64,000 bases of DNA from an uncultured Bacteroidota bacterium (lineage in GTDB: Bacteria > Bacteroidota > Bacteroidia > Bacteroidales > GCA-2748055). Both the position numbers and the translations under genes were made by a program. Below are positions 20,782 to 29,242 of this stretch, one piece after another. Every line of letters begins with the position of its first letter. Within the stretch, counting starts at the first letter, position 1. The notes below the pieces were generated by a model that saw only the letters and a list, made by a program, of their open reading frames with translations, was not told the origin of the DNA and searched no databases. The stretch spans positions 329,044 through 393,043 of the forward strand of contig CAWANQ010000002.1 of assembly GCA_963783435.1 (NCBI GenBank). The letters are read 5' to 3'.

Positions 20782-21435
20782 ATGGATAAAATACGGGTGT
20801 TATTAGCTGATGATCATAAAATTTTCAGGGATGGAGTTAGATCAATTTTGGAAAAAGAGAGGGATATGTTGGTGGTGGATGATGCTGCCAATGGAATTGA
20901 GGTATTAGAAAAAATTGAGAAGCTGGAGGTAGATGTGCTTGTGCTTGATATCGATATTGGTAAGCCGAATGGCATTGAGATCACCGAGATGGTCAGTAGA
21001 AATCATCCGGAAGTAAAAATCCTGATTTTGTCCATGATGGGTTTACATGACTTTGTTATACAAGCGCTTGAAAAGGGAGCCATTGGATTCTTACTGAAGA
21101 ATACCGGCAAGGATGAGGTTCTGACTGCAATTCGCAGCGTCTCCAAAGGAGATAGCTATTTCAGTAGAGAAGTTTCAGCAGTTTTAATTGAGCAGTTGCA
21201 CAGACCCGCATCTTCCAGAAAAAAAAATGCAGATATCCCCATCTCACCCAGAGAAATTGAAGTGCTTAAACTAATAGCTCAAGAGTATTCAAATTCAGAG
21301 ATTGCCGAGAAACTTTTTATTAGCATCCGAACTGTGGATACCCATAGGAGAAACCTTCTTGAGAAACTGGGTGCTAAAAATACCGCTGGTTTGGTAAAAT
21401 TTGCCATCCAGAAGGGCCTGGTCGATGAGGCATAA
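20782..21435 (+). CDS. Response regulator, NarL/LuxR family
   Basis: 217-aa ORF. The receiver reads RVLLADDHKIFRDG...VLVLDIDIGKPNG. The LuxR HTH reads SPREIEVLKLIAQEYSNSEIAEKLFISIRTVDTHRRNLLEKLG. Confidence 0.92.
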   Translation: MDKIRVLLADDHKIFRDGVRSILEKERDMLVVDDAANGIEVLEKIEKLEVDVLVLDIDIGKPNGIEITEMVSRNHPEVKILILSMMGLHDFVIQALEKGAIGFLLKNTGKDEVLTAIRSVSKGDSYFSREVSAVLIEQLHRPASSRKKNADIPISPREIEVLKLIAQEYSNSEIAEKLFISIRTVDTHRRNLLEKLGAKNTAGLVKFAIQKGLVDEA

Positions 21436-21442
21436 AACTTCC

Positions 21443-21817
21443 TTAATGGTCATTGTAAAACCAATGAATTGCATCTTCATAATTTGTAAAGGTCTGCACA
21501 TCAACCCCCTTACTTTTGGAGCAAAGCTCCATGAAATACGCTTTCTCAAAATTCACACCCGGTAATGCAAGCAGCGCAATTTTATCTCTATGTGAATCCG
21601 GATCATTGATGAGTACATTTGCCAGAGAAAAAATTTCCGCGGTTGAAAGAACCCATTGAGTGCGTCGAAAATCCAGAAGTATATCATAATCAGCCGGAGG
21701 ATGCTTCACACCTGCTACTTCCCGGAGTCTCTTTTTGCTTTCCTCAAATTCAACGCTTCCATCATCAGCCACAGAGAGATAATCAATAGAGCGAATAATT
21801 CTAATTTTTATATCCAT
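21443..21817 (-). CDS. Hypothetical 124-aa protein
   Basis: Clean ORF 58 nt downstream of the epimerase gene on the same strand. I recognise no motif in it. Confidence 0.4.
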   Translation of the reverse strand: MDIKIRIIRSIDYLSVADDGSVEFEESKKRLREVAGVKHPPADYDILLDFRRTQWVLSTAEIFSLANVLINDPDSHRDKIALLALPGVNFEKAYFMELCSKSKGVDVQTFTNYEDAIHWFYNDH

Positions 21818-21875
21818 TTCAGCAAGTTATTACTCTTTTAAACCAATTAAAAATTTTACTGCTTCCTAGTTGTAA

Positions 21876-22940
21876 CTATAGCTTTATTTTTCCAAGTCCA
21901 GGATGGACAGAGGGGTAGAGTATCCCTTGCTCCAATCGGAATAAATCGGAGAAGGGGTCCTCCAGCAAATCCAGGTGACCATCTAAATCGGCGCATACAA
22001 TATTGGGTCGGCTGAGCGTAAAATGAAGTCCAGCCGAGATGCCCAGGGCGCATTCATCAATGCAACCCACCATTACTTCGACTCCGGCTGCTTTTGCTAC
22101 CGAATTGATGTGCTGAGATTCCAGTATTCCACCCACTTTCATAATCTTGATGTTGACCATGTCTATTAAATTGTTGCTCGTCAGGCGGAATGCATCTTTT
22201 AAGGTTTTGAGGCTTTCATCGGCCATAACCCGAATATCATTATTCTGGCTTACCTCTCCCAATCTTTCTTCCTTTTTTTGACTGGTGGGCTGTTCAAATA
22301 TTTCGATGTTTGCACTTTTTGTTTTGCTGATGAATTTGAAAGATTCTTCAGTGGTATACCCCTGATTGGCATCAAAACGAAGGAGAAAATCACCTCCAAG
22401 TTTTTCACGCAACTTCAGAATTTTTTCAATATCCTCAGATAAATTCAATCCCCCTTTCAATTTGAGAATTGAAAACCCTTTCTTCAGGAAGTTTTTTGCC
22501 GTTTCAAGGGTTTCGTCAAGGGGTAAAATCCCAATGGTAATGCTTGTGGGTATTTCATTTCGGTAAGCTCCCAGTAACTGGTAGAGGGGAATTTTGGCTT
22601 TTCGGGCCAGGAGATCATGTAATGCCATGTCGACCATGGCCAGGGTAGATGAAGCACCTGGCAACAACTGTTTGATCAGATCCGTAAACTTGGCGGTTTG
22701 AAATGGAGATTGTTCTTTTAGGAGACTTATGACTACGTTCTCAATATTGCGAATCACCTCTTCGGGAGTCTCACCTGTAACCTCTTTGTCAGGAGCGGCA
22801 CAGCCCCATCCAGTGAGTCCTGTCCCGGTATCCAGCTTCAGTATAATATTTGATGTATGACTTACCGTTTCATAAGCAATGGTATAAGGAATAGCCAGGG
22901 GCATATCCAGCCTGAAATACTCTATGGCCTTTATTTTCAT
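21876..22940 (-). CDS. Enolase-superfamily dipeptide (L-Ala-D/L-Glu-type) or N-acyl-amino-acid epimerase/racemase
   Basis: The start is reassigned to MKIKAIEYFRLDMPL at 22940, whereas the track extends to 22997. The layout is that of the mandelate racemase / muconate lactonising enzyme family (LKLKGG, RFDANQGY, EQP, MADES, KIMKVGG). Confidence 0.8.
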   Translation of the reverse strand: MKIKAIEYFRLDMPLAIPYTIAYETVSHTSNIILKLDTGTGLTGWGCAAPDKEVTGETPEEVIRNIENVVISLLKEQSPFQTAKFTDLIKQLLPGASSTLAMVDMALHDLLARKAKIPLYQLLGAYRNEIPTSITIGILPLDETLETAKNFLKKGFSILKLKGGLNLSEDIEKILKLREKLGGDFLLRFDANQGYTTEESFKFISKTKSANIEIFEQPTSQKKEERLGEVSQNNDIRVMADESLKTLKDAFRLTSNNLIDMVNIKIMKVGGILESQHINSVAKAAGVEVMVGCIDECALGISAGLHFTLSRPNIVCADLDGHLDLLEDPFSDLFRLEQGILYPSVHPGLGKIKL

Positions 22941-22941
22941 T

Positions 22942-23763
22942 CTAATACCTGTTTTGAAAAAGTTTATCAGATGGAGTGTTTTTGATGGTCTCCACAAAAT
23001 CGGCCATTTTTCGGATCATAATTTCCCACATCTTATGCCCCTTCTCGGCACTGGCTAAAGTTGCATTCCCCATCACTCCCGATTTCGTCAATGTTTTTGT
23101 ATGCACATACCAACTCACCCCACGTTCAGAGGTGAAATCCAGGTATTCATTATCCAGGTCAAGGGTGTCATCTACGGCCTTGTCCATATCTACCAGTTCA
23201 GGTCTTATGGCCAGGCTTGTGCTTGTTTCAATTTCTCCTGCATGGATGTCATTGCGGGTCTCGATCAAACCATACAAATCCACGTCACTGGTTTCACCGG
23301 TTTCTACACAAACGAATATTTTGGCATCACGGTTGATCATCTGGGCTGCATAATTCAGGGTTGGAGCATTATCGCCGTGGCCATTTAGGATGACCAGTTT
23401 CTTGATGCCATTTTGTGCAAGACTCATGCCGATATCGTATATAAGAGCCGACAAGGCATTGTTGGTCACACAGATTGTTCCTTTAAACTGACTGTGGTGA
23501 TAGGAGACACCGTAAGGGAGAGGTGGCAATACAAATGGTTTGGGATCCTGACAGGCTTCAGCTACTTTACGGGCCATATAGTCTGCATCAAAATAATCCA
23601 CATCCAGAGGCAGGTGCGGACCATGCTGTTCTATGGCTCCACAGGGCAGAATGGCCGTATCCACAATTTTCAATCGCTCTGTAATTTCAGGCCACTTAAG
23701 CGTGGCCCACATGTATTCAGGATACTCAACTTTGTCTTTCATCCCATCTATATTTTGCTTCAT
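22942..23763 (-). CDS. Creatininase-family amidohydrolase
   Basis: 273-aa ORF. It has the pattern typical of the creatinine amidohydrolase / MftE / ArfB family: ILPCGAIEQHGPHLPLDVD...VILNGHGDN...HAGEIETS. Confidence 0.8.
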   Translation of the reverse strand: MKQNIDGMKDKVEYPEYMWATLKWPEITERLKIVDTAILPCGAIEQHGPHLPLDVDYFDADYMARKVAEACQDPKPFVLPPLPYGVSYHHSQFKGTICVTNNALSALIYDIGMSLAQNGIKKLVILNGHGDNAPTLNYAAQMINRDAKIFVCVETGETSDVDLYGLIETRNDIHAGEIETSTSLAIRPELVDMDKAVDDTLDLDNEYLDFTSERGVSWYVHTKTLTKSGVMGNATLASAEKGHKMWEIMIRKMADFVETIKNTPSDKLFQNRY

Positions 23764-25243
23764 TTAAAAATTCTTCATCCACTTTTACGTCGATCCAACG
23801 CTTGTTCTCTCTCTTTACAGCTCCATCAGCATATTGAGAAAGGATATTAAACAAAGGTTTGCGAATATACTTAGGCAAATCCTCCAGATTACTCCTTTCT
23901 TTATCGAAGCGGAGTTTGGTAATTTCTGCATGTTCCCTGGCGATCTTTTCAGTGAGTCCATTTCGTTGAATCAGATTTTTCCTCAGCATCAGGTAATATA
24001 GATGTGAGGCGTCGCTTCCGATCTGTTTTACCGAATGTGATTCAAGTGCTTTTAATCCCTGCGCAATCTGGACCTCACTGTACCCACATCTTTCAGGATT
24101 CTCATCAAGGGCTTTTAGCATCCCGACGATCCTTCGACACTTCTCACACTTTCCACATGGATACATTCTTCCATTTACTTCATGGGCTGCATGACATGAA
24201 ACCTGGTGCTTTTGAAGATCGGGATAGCGCTTAATAAGAACTTTCATAATAAGCAGTTCCGACATACTCCGAAGAATGGAGAACTGATTGATTCTCCACC
24301 CCTTGTTCCTGTAATACCGGGTCATGGCGTTGTCGAAATATTTACTCTGATCGTAAAGGCCATTGTAGTGTGTGATGCCCTGCAAGTTGCTTGTTAGGGT
24401 GGTATCGTATTCATCCCCTATAAGGATATTTCCGATCCCCTTTTTACGGGCCACGGGAAGCACACCAAACAAAAATACCGCCACAGTCCAGAGCCTAATC
24501 GGATAGATATCAGATCTGATAGAGGCGAAATTTTCTTTGATAAAAGGCAATTGCTTAAGCATCCAGTTGAACAGTCGGTCGCTGTTGCACCATGGCTTCC
24601 TGGTATTTGGTTCGTTTTCATGGAAGAACCTGTGCGCATTGACGGCAGTAAACCAATGCCTTCCCGCTTCGTTGATGAAAATCGGGTAAGGCTCCCCGAA
24701 CTCTTTAACCAATCCATAAGTCAACAGGCTATCCTTTCCTCCACTGCTCAGAATGGCATATTTGGCCGGATCCGTTTCATCGATTTCACGGCCCAGTTTC
24801 ATTTGCTGGTATTGGGTGTTGAGAAAGTGGATCTGAGCCTGGGTGTAGCGGTCTTTTTTTTCCGGCTTCAACTCATCAAAAGGAGGCTTCAGAAATTCAT
24901 TTTTAACCAGGAGCTTGTTGGTTAAAATTTCCCGTGATGTGTTTTCCATCATATCTTTAATGAACTTCTGATCGCTCAGGTCAAAGAGTCCATCGAATTC
25001 AATTATTTCAAAAAAGAGCCCATAATTCAGGGCTGCCTGAGCCAGCATCATGGAGGCCAGATTTACATCGGCCGGCCGCAAACGATCAAAATACGGCTGC
25101 TCATAGGAGTAGATCAATTCAAAGGAGCTTACTTCACCGGCAAATCCTTCTACCTGATAAAGCGCTTTCACCTTTTTTGGCTCAATATGAATATTCTTTA
25201 TGGTAAGCTTCCTTAGTACTTTGAATGAATCCAGCGTAATCAT
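23726..25243 (-). CDS. PP-loop ATP pyrophosphatase (QueC/asparagine-synthetase-like adenylating enzyme) with unknown N-terminal domain
   Basis: 505-aa ORF. It has a PP-loop (AILSSGGKDS) and a QueC-like C-terminal Cys cluster (VSCHAAH...YPCGKCEKCRR). The first ~160 aa are unassigned. Confidence 0.6.
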   Translation of the reverse strand: MITLDSFKVLRKLTIKNIHIEPKKVKALYQVEGFAGEVSSFELIYSYEQPYFDRLRPADVNLASMMLAQAALNYGLFFEIIEFDGLFDLSDQKFIKDMMENTSREILTNKLLVKNEFLKPPFDELKPEKKDRYTQAQIHFLNTQYQQMKLGREIDETDPAKYAILSSGGKDSLLTYGLVKEFGEPYPIFINEAGRHWFTAVNAHRFFHENEPNTRKPWCNSDRLFNWMLKQLPFIKENFASIRSDIYPIRLWTVAVFLFGVLPVARKKGIGNILIGDEYDTTLTSNLQGITHYNGLYDQSKYFDNAMTRYYRNKGWRINQFSILRSMSELLIMKVLIKRYPDLQKHQVSCHAAHEVNGRMYPCGKCEKCRRIVGMLKALDENPERCGYSEVQIAQGLKALESHSVKQIGSDASHLYYLMLRKNLIQRNGLTEKIAREHAEITKLRFDKERSNLEDLPKYIRKPLFNILSQYADGAVKRENKRWIDVKVDEEFLNEAKYRWDERQS

Positions 25244-26310
25244 TTCAAATAAGATTTCAATACTCCCACGAGATCATCAGCTCCAAAAAGTAATACATCA
25301 AATGCTGGAAGTCCGGTCTCCAGGGTAATATCTTTACAAGCAGGTAATACCTCTTCTTCTGTCATCTCTTCATGATTCACCGTGATGGCAATGACCTTTT
25401 TACCGGAAATGGTTTCAATGGCATGAATCTGCTCTTTGAGCGAATGTAAGGGGTAGCCCGGGAATCCATCGTATTCTTTTCTTTTAGGAGCATGCTGAAG
25501 AACCACATAATCGGGCCTTCCGGCAGCCAGGATCTCAAACCCTCCGGGATAAGCAGGATTCATCAAACTACCCTGACCTTCGATAACAATGAGATCTGGC
25601 GATTCATTCTTCCATGCTTCATGTACGGCATGTTCGATCTCACCGGAGACAAAATCATTGATGCAGCTATCCATGATCATGGAATATTTTGCCCCCTGCA
25701 TCCAGGCAGTTTGTCCGGTGCCTGCTATTTCGGCTTTTAAGCCTGCCTTCCTGAATGCGTGAACAATAATCCAGGCGCTTGTTCTTTTACCGATGGCCGA
25801 ATCGGTTCCCAGGAGGGCAATTTTCAAACAGTCGACCTCCTCAATTTTGCCGGAAAAAAAATGCAGCTCATGGCGGTCAGGCGTTCTGCGAACATCCCTC
25901 ACCCTGCAGTTGAATCTTTTTGCAATGGCCATCAGCTTGGCATCCTTGTATAAAAAATCATGAAGACCACTGTCTACATTCATTCCCAGCTCCAGTGCTG
26001 CCATGATCGTCTTTTTGCCTTCAGCCGGAAGACGGCCCCCATCGGTCGCAAGACCAACAACCAGGGTAGTGGGCTTGTTTTCAGAGCCGAGCCTTTCCAG
26101 GGCTTCCTCCAGGTTCTTAAAAATGGGAATGTTTAACATTTTACTGTCCAGCACCATCCCTGCATCCCGACCTGCATATTTTTGATCGATCACCCCCACA
26201 ACTTCGTACCTTTCGGTAAACCTCACTAAGCCGTGAGCTGTTTTCCCATATGGCGTATTAAATGCCCCATCGGCATACACCAGAGCCTTGCCATCAATAG
26301 TTTGTTTCAT
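25240..26310 (-). CDS. DUF1611-family protein (DgcN-like; P-loop-containing)
   Basis: 356-aa ORF. It carries the family hallmarks: DGAFNTPYGKTAHGLVRF, GLATDGGRLP, LLGTDSAIGKRTS, TGQTAWMQG and IEGQGSLMNPAYPG. Confidence 0.72.
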   Translation of the reverse strand: MKQTIDGKALVYADGAFNTPYGKTAHGLVRFTERYEVVGVIDQKYAGRDAGMVLDSKMLNIPIFKNLEEALERLGSENKPTTLVVGLATDGGRLPAEGKKTIMAALELGMNVDSGLHDFLYKDAKLMAIAKRFNCRVRDVRRTPDRHELHFFSGKIEEVDCLKIALLGTDSAIGKRTSAWIIVHAFRKAGLKAEIAGTGQTAWMQGAKYSMIMDSCINDFVSGEIEHAVHEAWKNESPDLIVIEGQGSLMNPAYPGGFEILAAGRPDYVVLQHAPKRKEYDGFPGYPLHSLKEQIHAIETISGKKVIAITVNHEEMTEEEVLPACKDITLETGLPAFDVLLFGADDLVGVLKSYLK

Positions 26311-26334
26311 TCAATAAAAAATTGATACCTGTTT

Positions 26335-27396
26335 TTAATACTTTCCGGTCAAAATTGCGACATACCTGTCATTGATCATTTCACTCTTTTCGTGTACCTC
26401 AAGCAGAGCAATCAGGCCTGATGTGGATGCCGGCAATATCCTGTAGCCCTCTTTTTTATGCAAAAAAGTGCTCATCTCCTTCATCTTTCTATCACTGATG
26501 TGATGGGCCTCCCCACCTGATTCTCTCAGGGCATAAAGTGCCTCATTTCCATCAAAACTATGCCAGTTAATCAGCGGTTCATTAATGGCCGTCTCCCTGA
26601 CCAGTTTTGGATCAATATCTTCACAGGTATCGAGTCCGGATTTGAAAGAGGAGATAATCGGATTTTTATAGGCCGCCGAGCCCGCGATAAATATTGGAAT
26701 CCGTGAGGTCCTGCCACGCTTATACAAGCGCACAAAACCCCGGTAAATTCCTGCCAGAAGTGTGCCGTTGGAAACCGGTGCCGCAATGTATTTAGGTGCA
26801 TCGCGTAACTGGTCATAAATCTCCTCTGCAATTTCGGCATAAGCGGCAATTTGCAAATGCGTATTGGCACCGCCGGGATTGGCATCATACCAGCCGTTCT
26901 TTTTTGCCAGGATGCTCGATTCCTTCACTGCATCCTCATAGGTGCCAGGAAGCTTTATGATCTCTGCATCAAAGTTTAACATCTCACTGGTACGCTCGGT
27001 GTGGTAGGTTTCAGGAATAAAAATCTTGCATGAAATACCTGCCAGGTAGGCCGCATAGGCAATAGCCACACCATAATTTCCACAGGTTGCCAGTGAAATG
27101 ACCTTAAAGTTTCTTCGAAATGCATCCTGAACCTGGGCAAAAGCGATTCGGTCCTTTTGTGTACCTGAAGGGTTCTCTCCTTCATACTTAATATAGAGTT
27201 GCCGGATGTTCAGTTCCCTTTCAAGATTGCGTGCCCTTTTAAGTGAAGTATCACCCACCTCAAGGTTAATGATGTCCTCAAATGATTCAATCCGGTCAAT
27301 AATTGACAAGCTGTCATCCTGAACCATGTCGCTGAGAATCTTGACTTCCTTACTAATTTTAATTTCAGCTGATTTAACGCCATCTAAAAGGTTCAT
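26335..27396 (-). CDS. Fold-type II PLP enzyme (threonine-synthase / cysteine-synthase-like)
   Basis: 353-aa ORF. The PLP-lysine region is YEGENPSGTQKDRIAFAQV (compare NPTGSFKDR), followed by ATCGNYG and SNGTLLAG. Confidence 0.75.
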   Translation of the reverse strand: MNLLDGVKSAEIKISKEVKILSDMVQDDSLSIIDRIESFEDIINLEVGDTSLKRARNLERELNIRQLYIKYEGENPSGTQKDRIAFAQVQDAFRRNFKVISLATCGNYGVAIAYAAYLAGISCKIFIPETYHTERTSEMLNFDAEIIKLPGTYEDAVKESSILAKKNGWYDANPGGANTHLQIAAYAEIAEEIYDQLRDAPKYIAAPVSNGTLLAGIYRGFVRLYKRGRTSRIPIFIAGSAAYKNPIISSFKSGLDTCEDIDPKLVRETAINEPLINWHSFDGNEALYALRESGGEAHHISDRKMKEMSTFLHKKEGYRILPASTSGLIALLEVHEKSEMINDRYVAILTGKY

Positions 27397-27431
27397 TTGA
27401 TCTTTTTTATCCCGATCGGGTTATTTATCAG

Positions 27432-27460
27432 TTTAGACCTTTATAAACAAAATAGTCACT
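27432..27460 (-). promoter_or_regulatory. Predicted ECF-sigma-type promoter, site g (AGTGACTATT-N11-GGTCTAAA)
   Basis: The reverse complement of 27432-27460 is AGTGACTATTTTGTTTATAAAGGTCTAAA. It starts 3 nt after the sigma-gene stop and ends 35 nt before the ATG at 27396. Confidence 0.6.
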
Positions 27461-27463
27461 TCC

Positions 27464-28054
27464 TTAGGCTGCATCCTGCAGACTCAGTATCTGGCCCATT
27501 TTGGTCCGTGCCCTCAATAACCGCATTTTTACAGCACTGGCAGAAAGATCGAATTCATCCTGAAGGTCTTTTACCGAGTAATTCTGACGATACTTTAAAA
27601 CCAGAATTTGCCTCTCCTCTTCCGATAACATCATCAGGTATTCATCGAGGTTTGATTCCAATGCCTCCCATTTTAACCTTGCTTTATAATCTTCTTCATC
27701 CATCCACTCAGCCAGCATTTGCTGCGCTGCCACAATATCTTCATAATATTGTTTCCTTTTCTTTTTGGTCTGAGTGATGCAATAATTGGTAGCAATGGAA
27801 TACAACCAGGTTGAGAATTTCGAGTTTCCCCCAAAGGAGCTCACATTACAGATAGCCTTCACCAATATTTCCTGGGTCATATCAAACGCATCATCTCCAT
27901 TGCGCGAAAAAGAAAAGCACTTAGAATAGACTTTTGAATAATATCGATTGTATAAAATTCCAAAGCAGCTGTTATCTCCTTTCAGGAATTCATCAATAAG
28001 TTGTTCATCGCTTAATCCTTTATACCTCAAATTTTTCATCTTAGTAAATTTCAT
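27464..28054 (-). CDS. ECF-type RNA polymerase sigma-70 family factor (no adjacent anti-sigma)
   Basis: 196-aa ORF. Region 2 reads DDAFDMTQEILVKA...FSTWLYSIATNYC. Region 4 reads LSEEERQILVLKYRQNYSVKDLQDEFDLSASAVKMRLLRAR. Confidence 0.85.
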   Translation of the reverse strand: MKFTKMKNLRYKGLSDEQLIDEFLKGDNSCFGILYNRYYSKVYSKCFSFSRNGDDAFDMTQEILVKAICNVSSFGGNSKFSTWLYSIATNYCITQTKKKRKQYYEDIVAAQQMLAEWMDEEDYKARLKWEALESNLDEYLMMLSEEERQILVLKYRQNYSVKDLQDEFDLSASAVKMRLLRARTKMGQILSLQDAA

Positions 28055-28208
28055 TTTTATTTGAAATAAATGTATTGAGAGTCTGGGCCTTACACCAGAG
28101 TGAATAAGCGTAATTTTATTCTGAAGTTTTCCATGATTAGCAGGTAATTCCGGGAGAATCCCACCCTAGGTATTTCACCTATGCTTCTTTACATCCATGC
28201 ACTTTTTT

Positions 28209-28237
28209 TGTGACCTTTTTTGAATCGCGAGTCTCAA
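28209..28237 (+). promoter_or_regulatory. Predicted ECF-sigma-type promoter, site d (TGTGACCTTT-N11-AGTCTCAA)
   Basis: The sequence is TGTGACCTTTTTTGAATCGCGAGTCTCAA. It lies 163 nt upstream of the MscS ATG at 28401, leaving a long leader. Confidence 0.6.
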
Positions 28238-28277
28238 TATCAAACGATTGAAATTCTGATTTCAAAAACCAATCTTT

Positions 28278-28375
28278 GCCCGGTAGTATGAAATGCGGAA
28301 ATTATCTCCGTTTAATGAAAGCTGGAGATCGAATGTAACAGTAGACACCCGCATGAACTTACCGGGCATCTTTTT
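28278..28375 (+). promoter_or_regulatory. Putative structured 5' leader (three nested helices + U-tract) of the MscS gene
   Basis: Three nested helices are present. P1 is GCCCGGTA (28278-85) with TACCGGGC (28360-67). P2 is ATGCGG (28293-98) with CCGCAT (28349-54). P3 is ATCTCC (28304-09) with GGAGAT (28324-29). They are followed by ATCTTTTT (28368-75). Confidence 0.35.
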
Positions 28376-28400
28376 ATAATCTATAAAAAAAAGGGCGTAC

Positions 28401-29240
28401 ATGAAATTAGGTGAATTTTTACAATCTACCCTGATCGAAACCAAGGACTTCGACGTCACTGTCTACGAAGTTTTCACTATTCTCCTTATTTTCCTTTTTA
28501 CAGCACTGCTCATGAGGGTGCTAAAAAGGGTGTTCCGTAACCGTGAAAAAAGAAAAGAATTTGATTCTGGAAGAAGTCACGCCATTCTGCAAATCCTCAA
28601 ATACGTGATATGGCTGGCGGTTATCCTCATATCCTTTGAAACTGTTGGCATCAAGCTAACTTTGCTACTGGCCGGATCAGCTGCACTTCTGGTTGGCCTT
28701 GGTTTGGGTTTGCAGCAAATATTCCAGGACATAATGTCGGGTGTAGCCATTCTTTTTGAGGGCAATTTAAAGGTGGGTGATATCGTGGAAATCCAGGATA
28801 ACCTCATCGGCCGGGTCATTGAAATAGGTCTGAGAACTTCAAAAATTGAAACCCGTGATAATATTATCATGGTTGTTCCAAATTCAAAATTTGTAACTGA
28901 CATTGTCATCAATTGGAGTCACAATGAGAAGAAGACCCGGTTTCATGTTGATGTGGGGGTGGCCTATGGCTCTGATGTTGAAAAAGTGTCAAAGGTGCTT
29001 CTTCAATGTGCTTTGGCTCAAGATAAAATATTACCCTCTCCAAATCCCTTTGTCCGCTTCAATGATTTCGGTGATTCCTCTCTTGATTTTCAACTATTTT
29101 TCTGGACCACCGAAACCTTCAGTGTTGAATTTATTAAGAGTGAAATTCGCTTTAATATCGATGCGGCATTCAGGAAAAACGGCATTCATATCCCCTTTCC
29201 CCAGCGGGACGTATATGTCAAATCGATGGATCCAAAATGA
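28401..29240 (+). CDS. Small-conductance mechanosensitive channel (MscS family)
   Basis: 279-aa ORF with 3 TM helices. The MscS pore/beta-domain signature reads LLAGSAALLVGLGLGLQQIFQDIMSGVAILFEGNLKVGDIVEI...GRVIEIGLRTSKIETRDN. Confidence 0.87.
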   Translation: MKLGEFLQSTLIETKDFDVTVYEVFTILLIFLFTALLMRVLKRVFRNREKRKEFDSGRSHAILQILKYVIWLAVILISFETVGIKLTLLLAGSAALLVGLGLGLQQIFQDIMSGVAILFEGNLKVGDIVEIQDNLIGRVIEIGLRTSKIETRDNIIMVVPNSKFVTDIVINWSHNEKKTRFHVDVGVAYGSDVEKVSKVLLQCALAQDKILPSPNPFVRFNDFGDSSLDFQLFFWTTETFSVEFIKSEIRFNIDAAFRKNGIHIPFPQRDVYVKSMDPK

Positions 29241-29242
29241 GC

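Noticed and set aside
28055-28208. I searched for the motif, or a close variant, in front of the ECF sigma gene itself (autoregulation).
   Set aside because: The minus-strand reading has no GTGAC core. The closest -10-like string (GACTCTCAA near 28078-28086) has no matching -35-like box at the right distance.
28262-28459. A 65-aa minus-strand ORF in the sigma/MscS intergenic region.
   Set aside because: The sequence is low-complexity. It overlaps the MscS start and the structured leader, and it has no recognisable motif.
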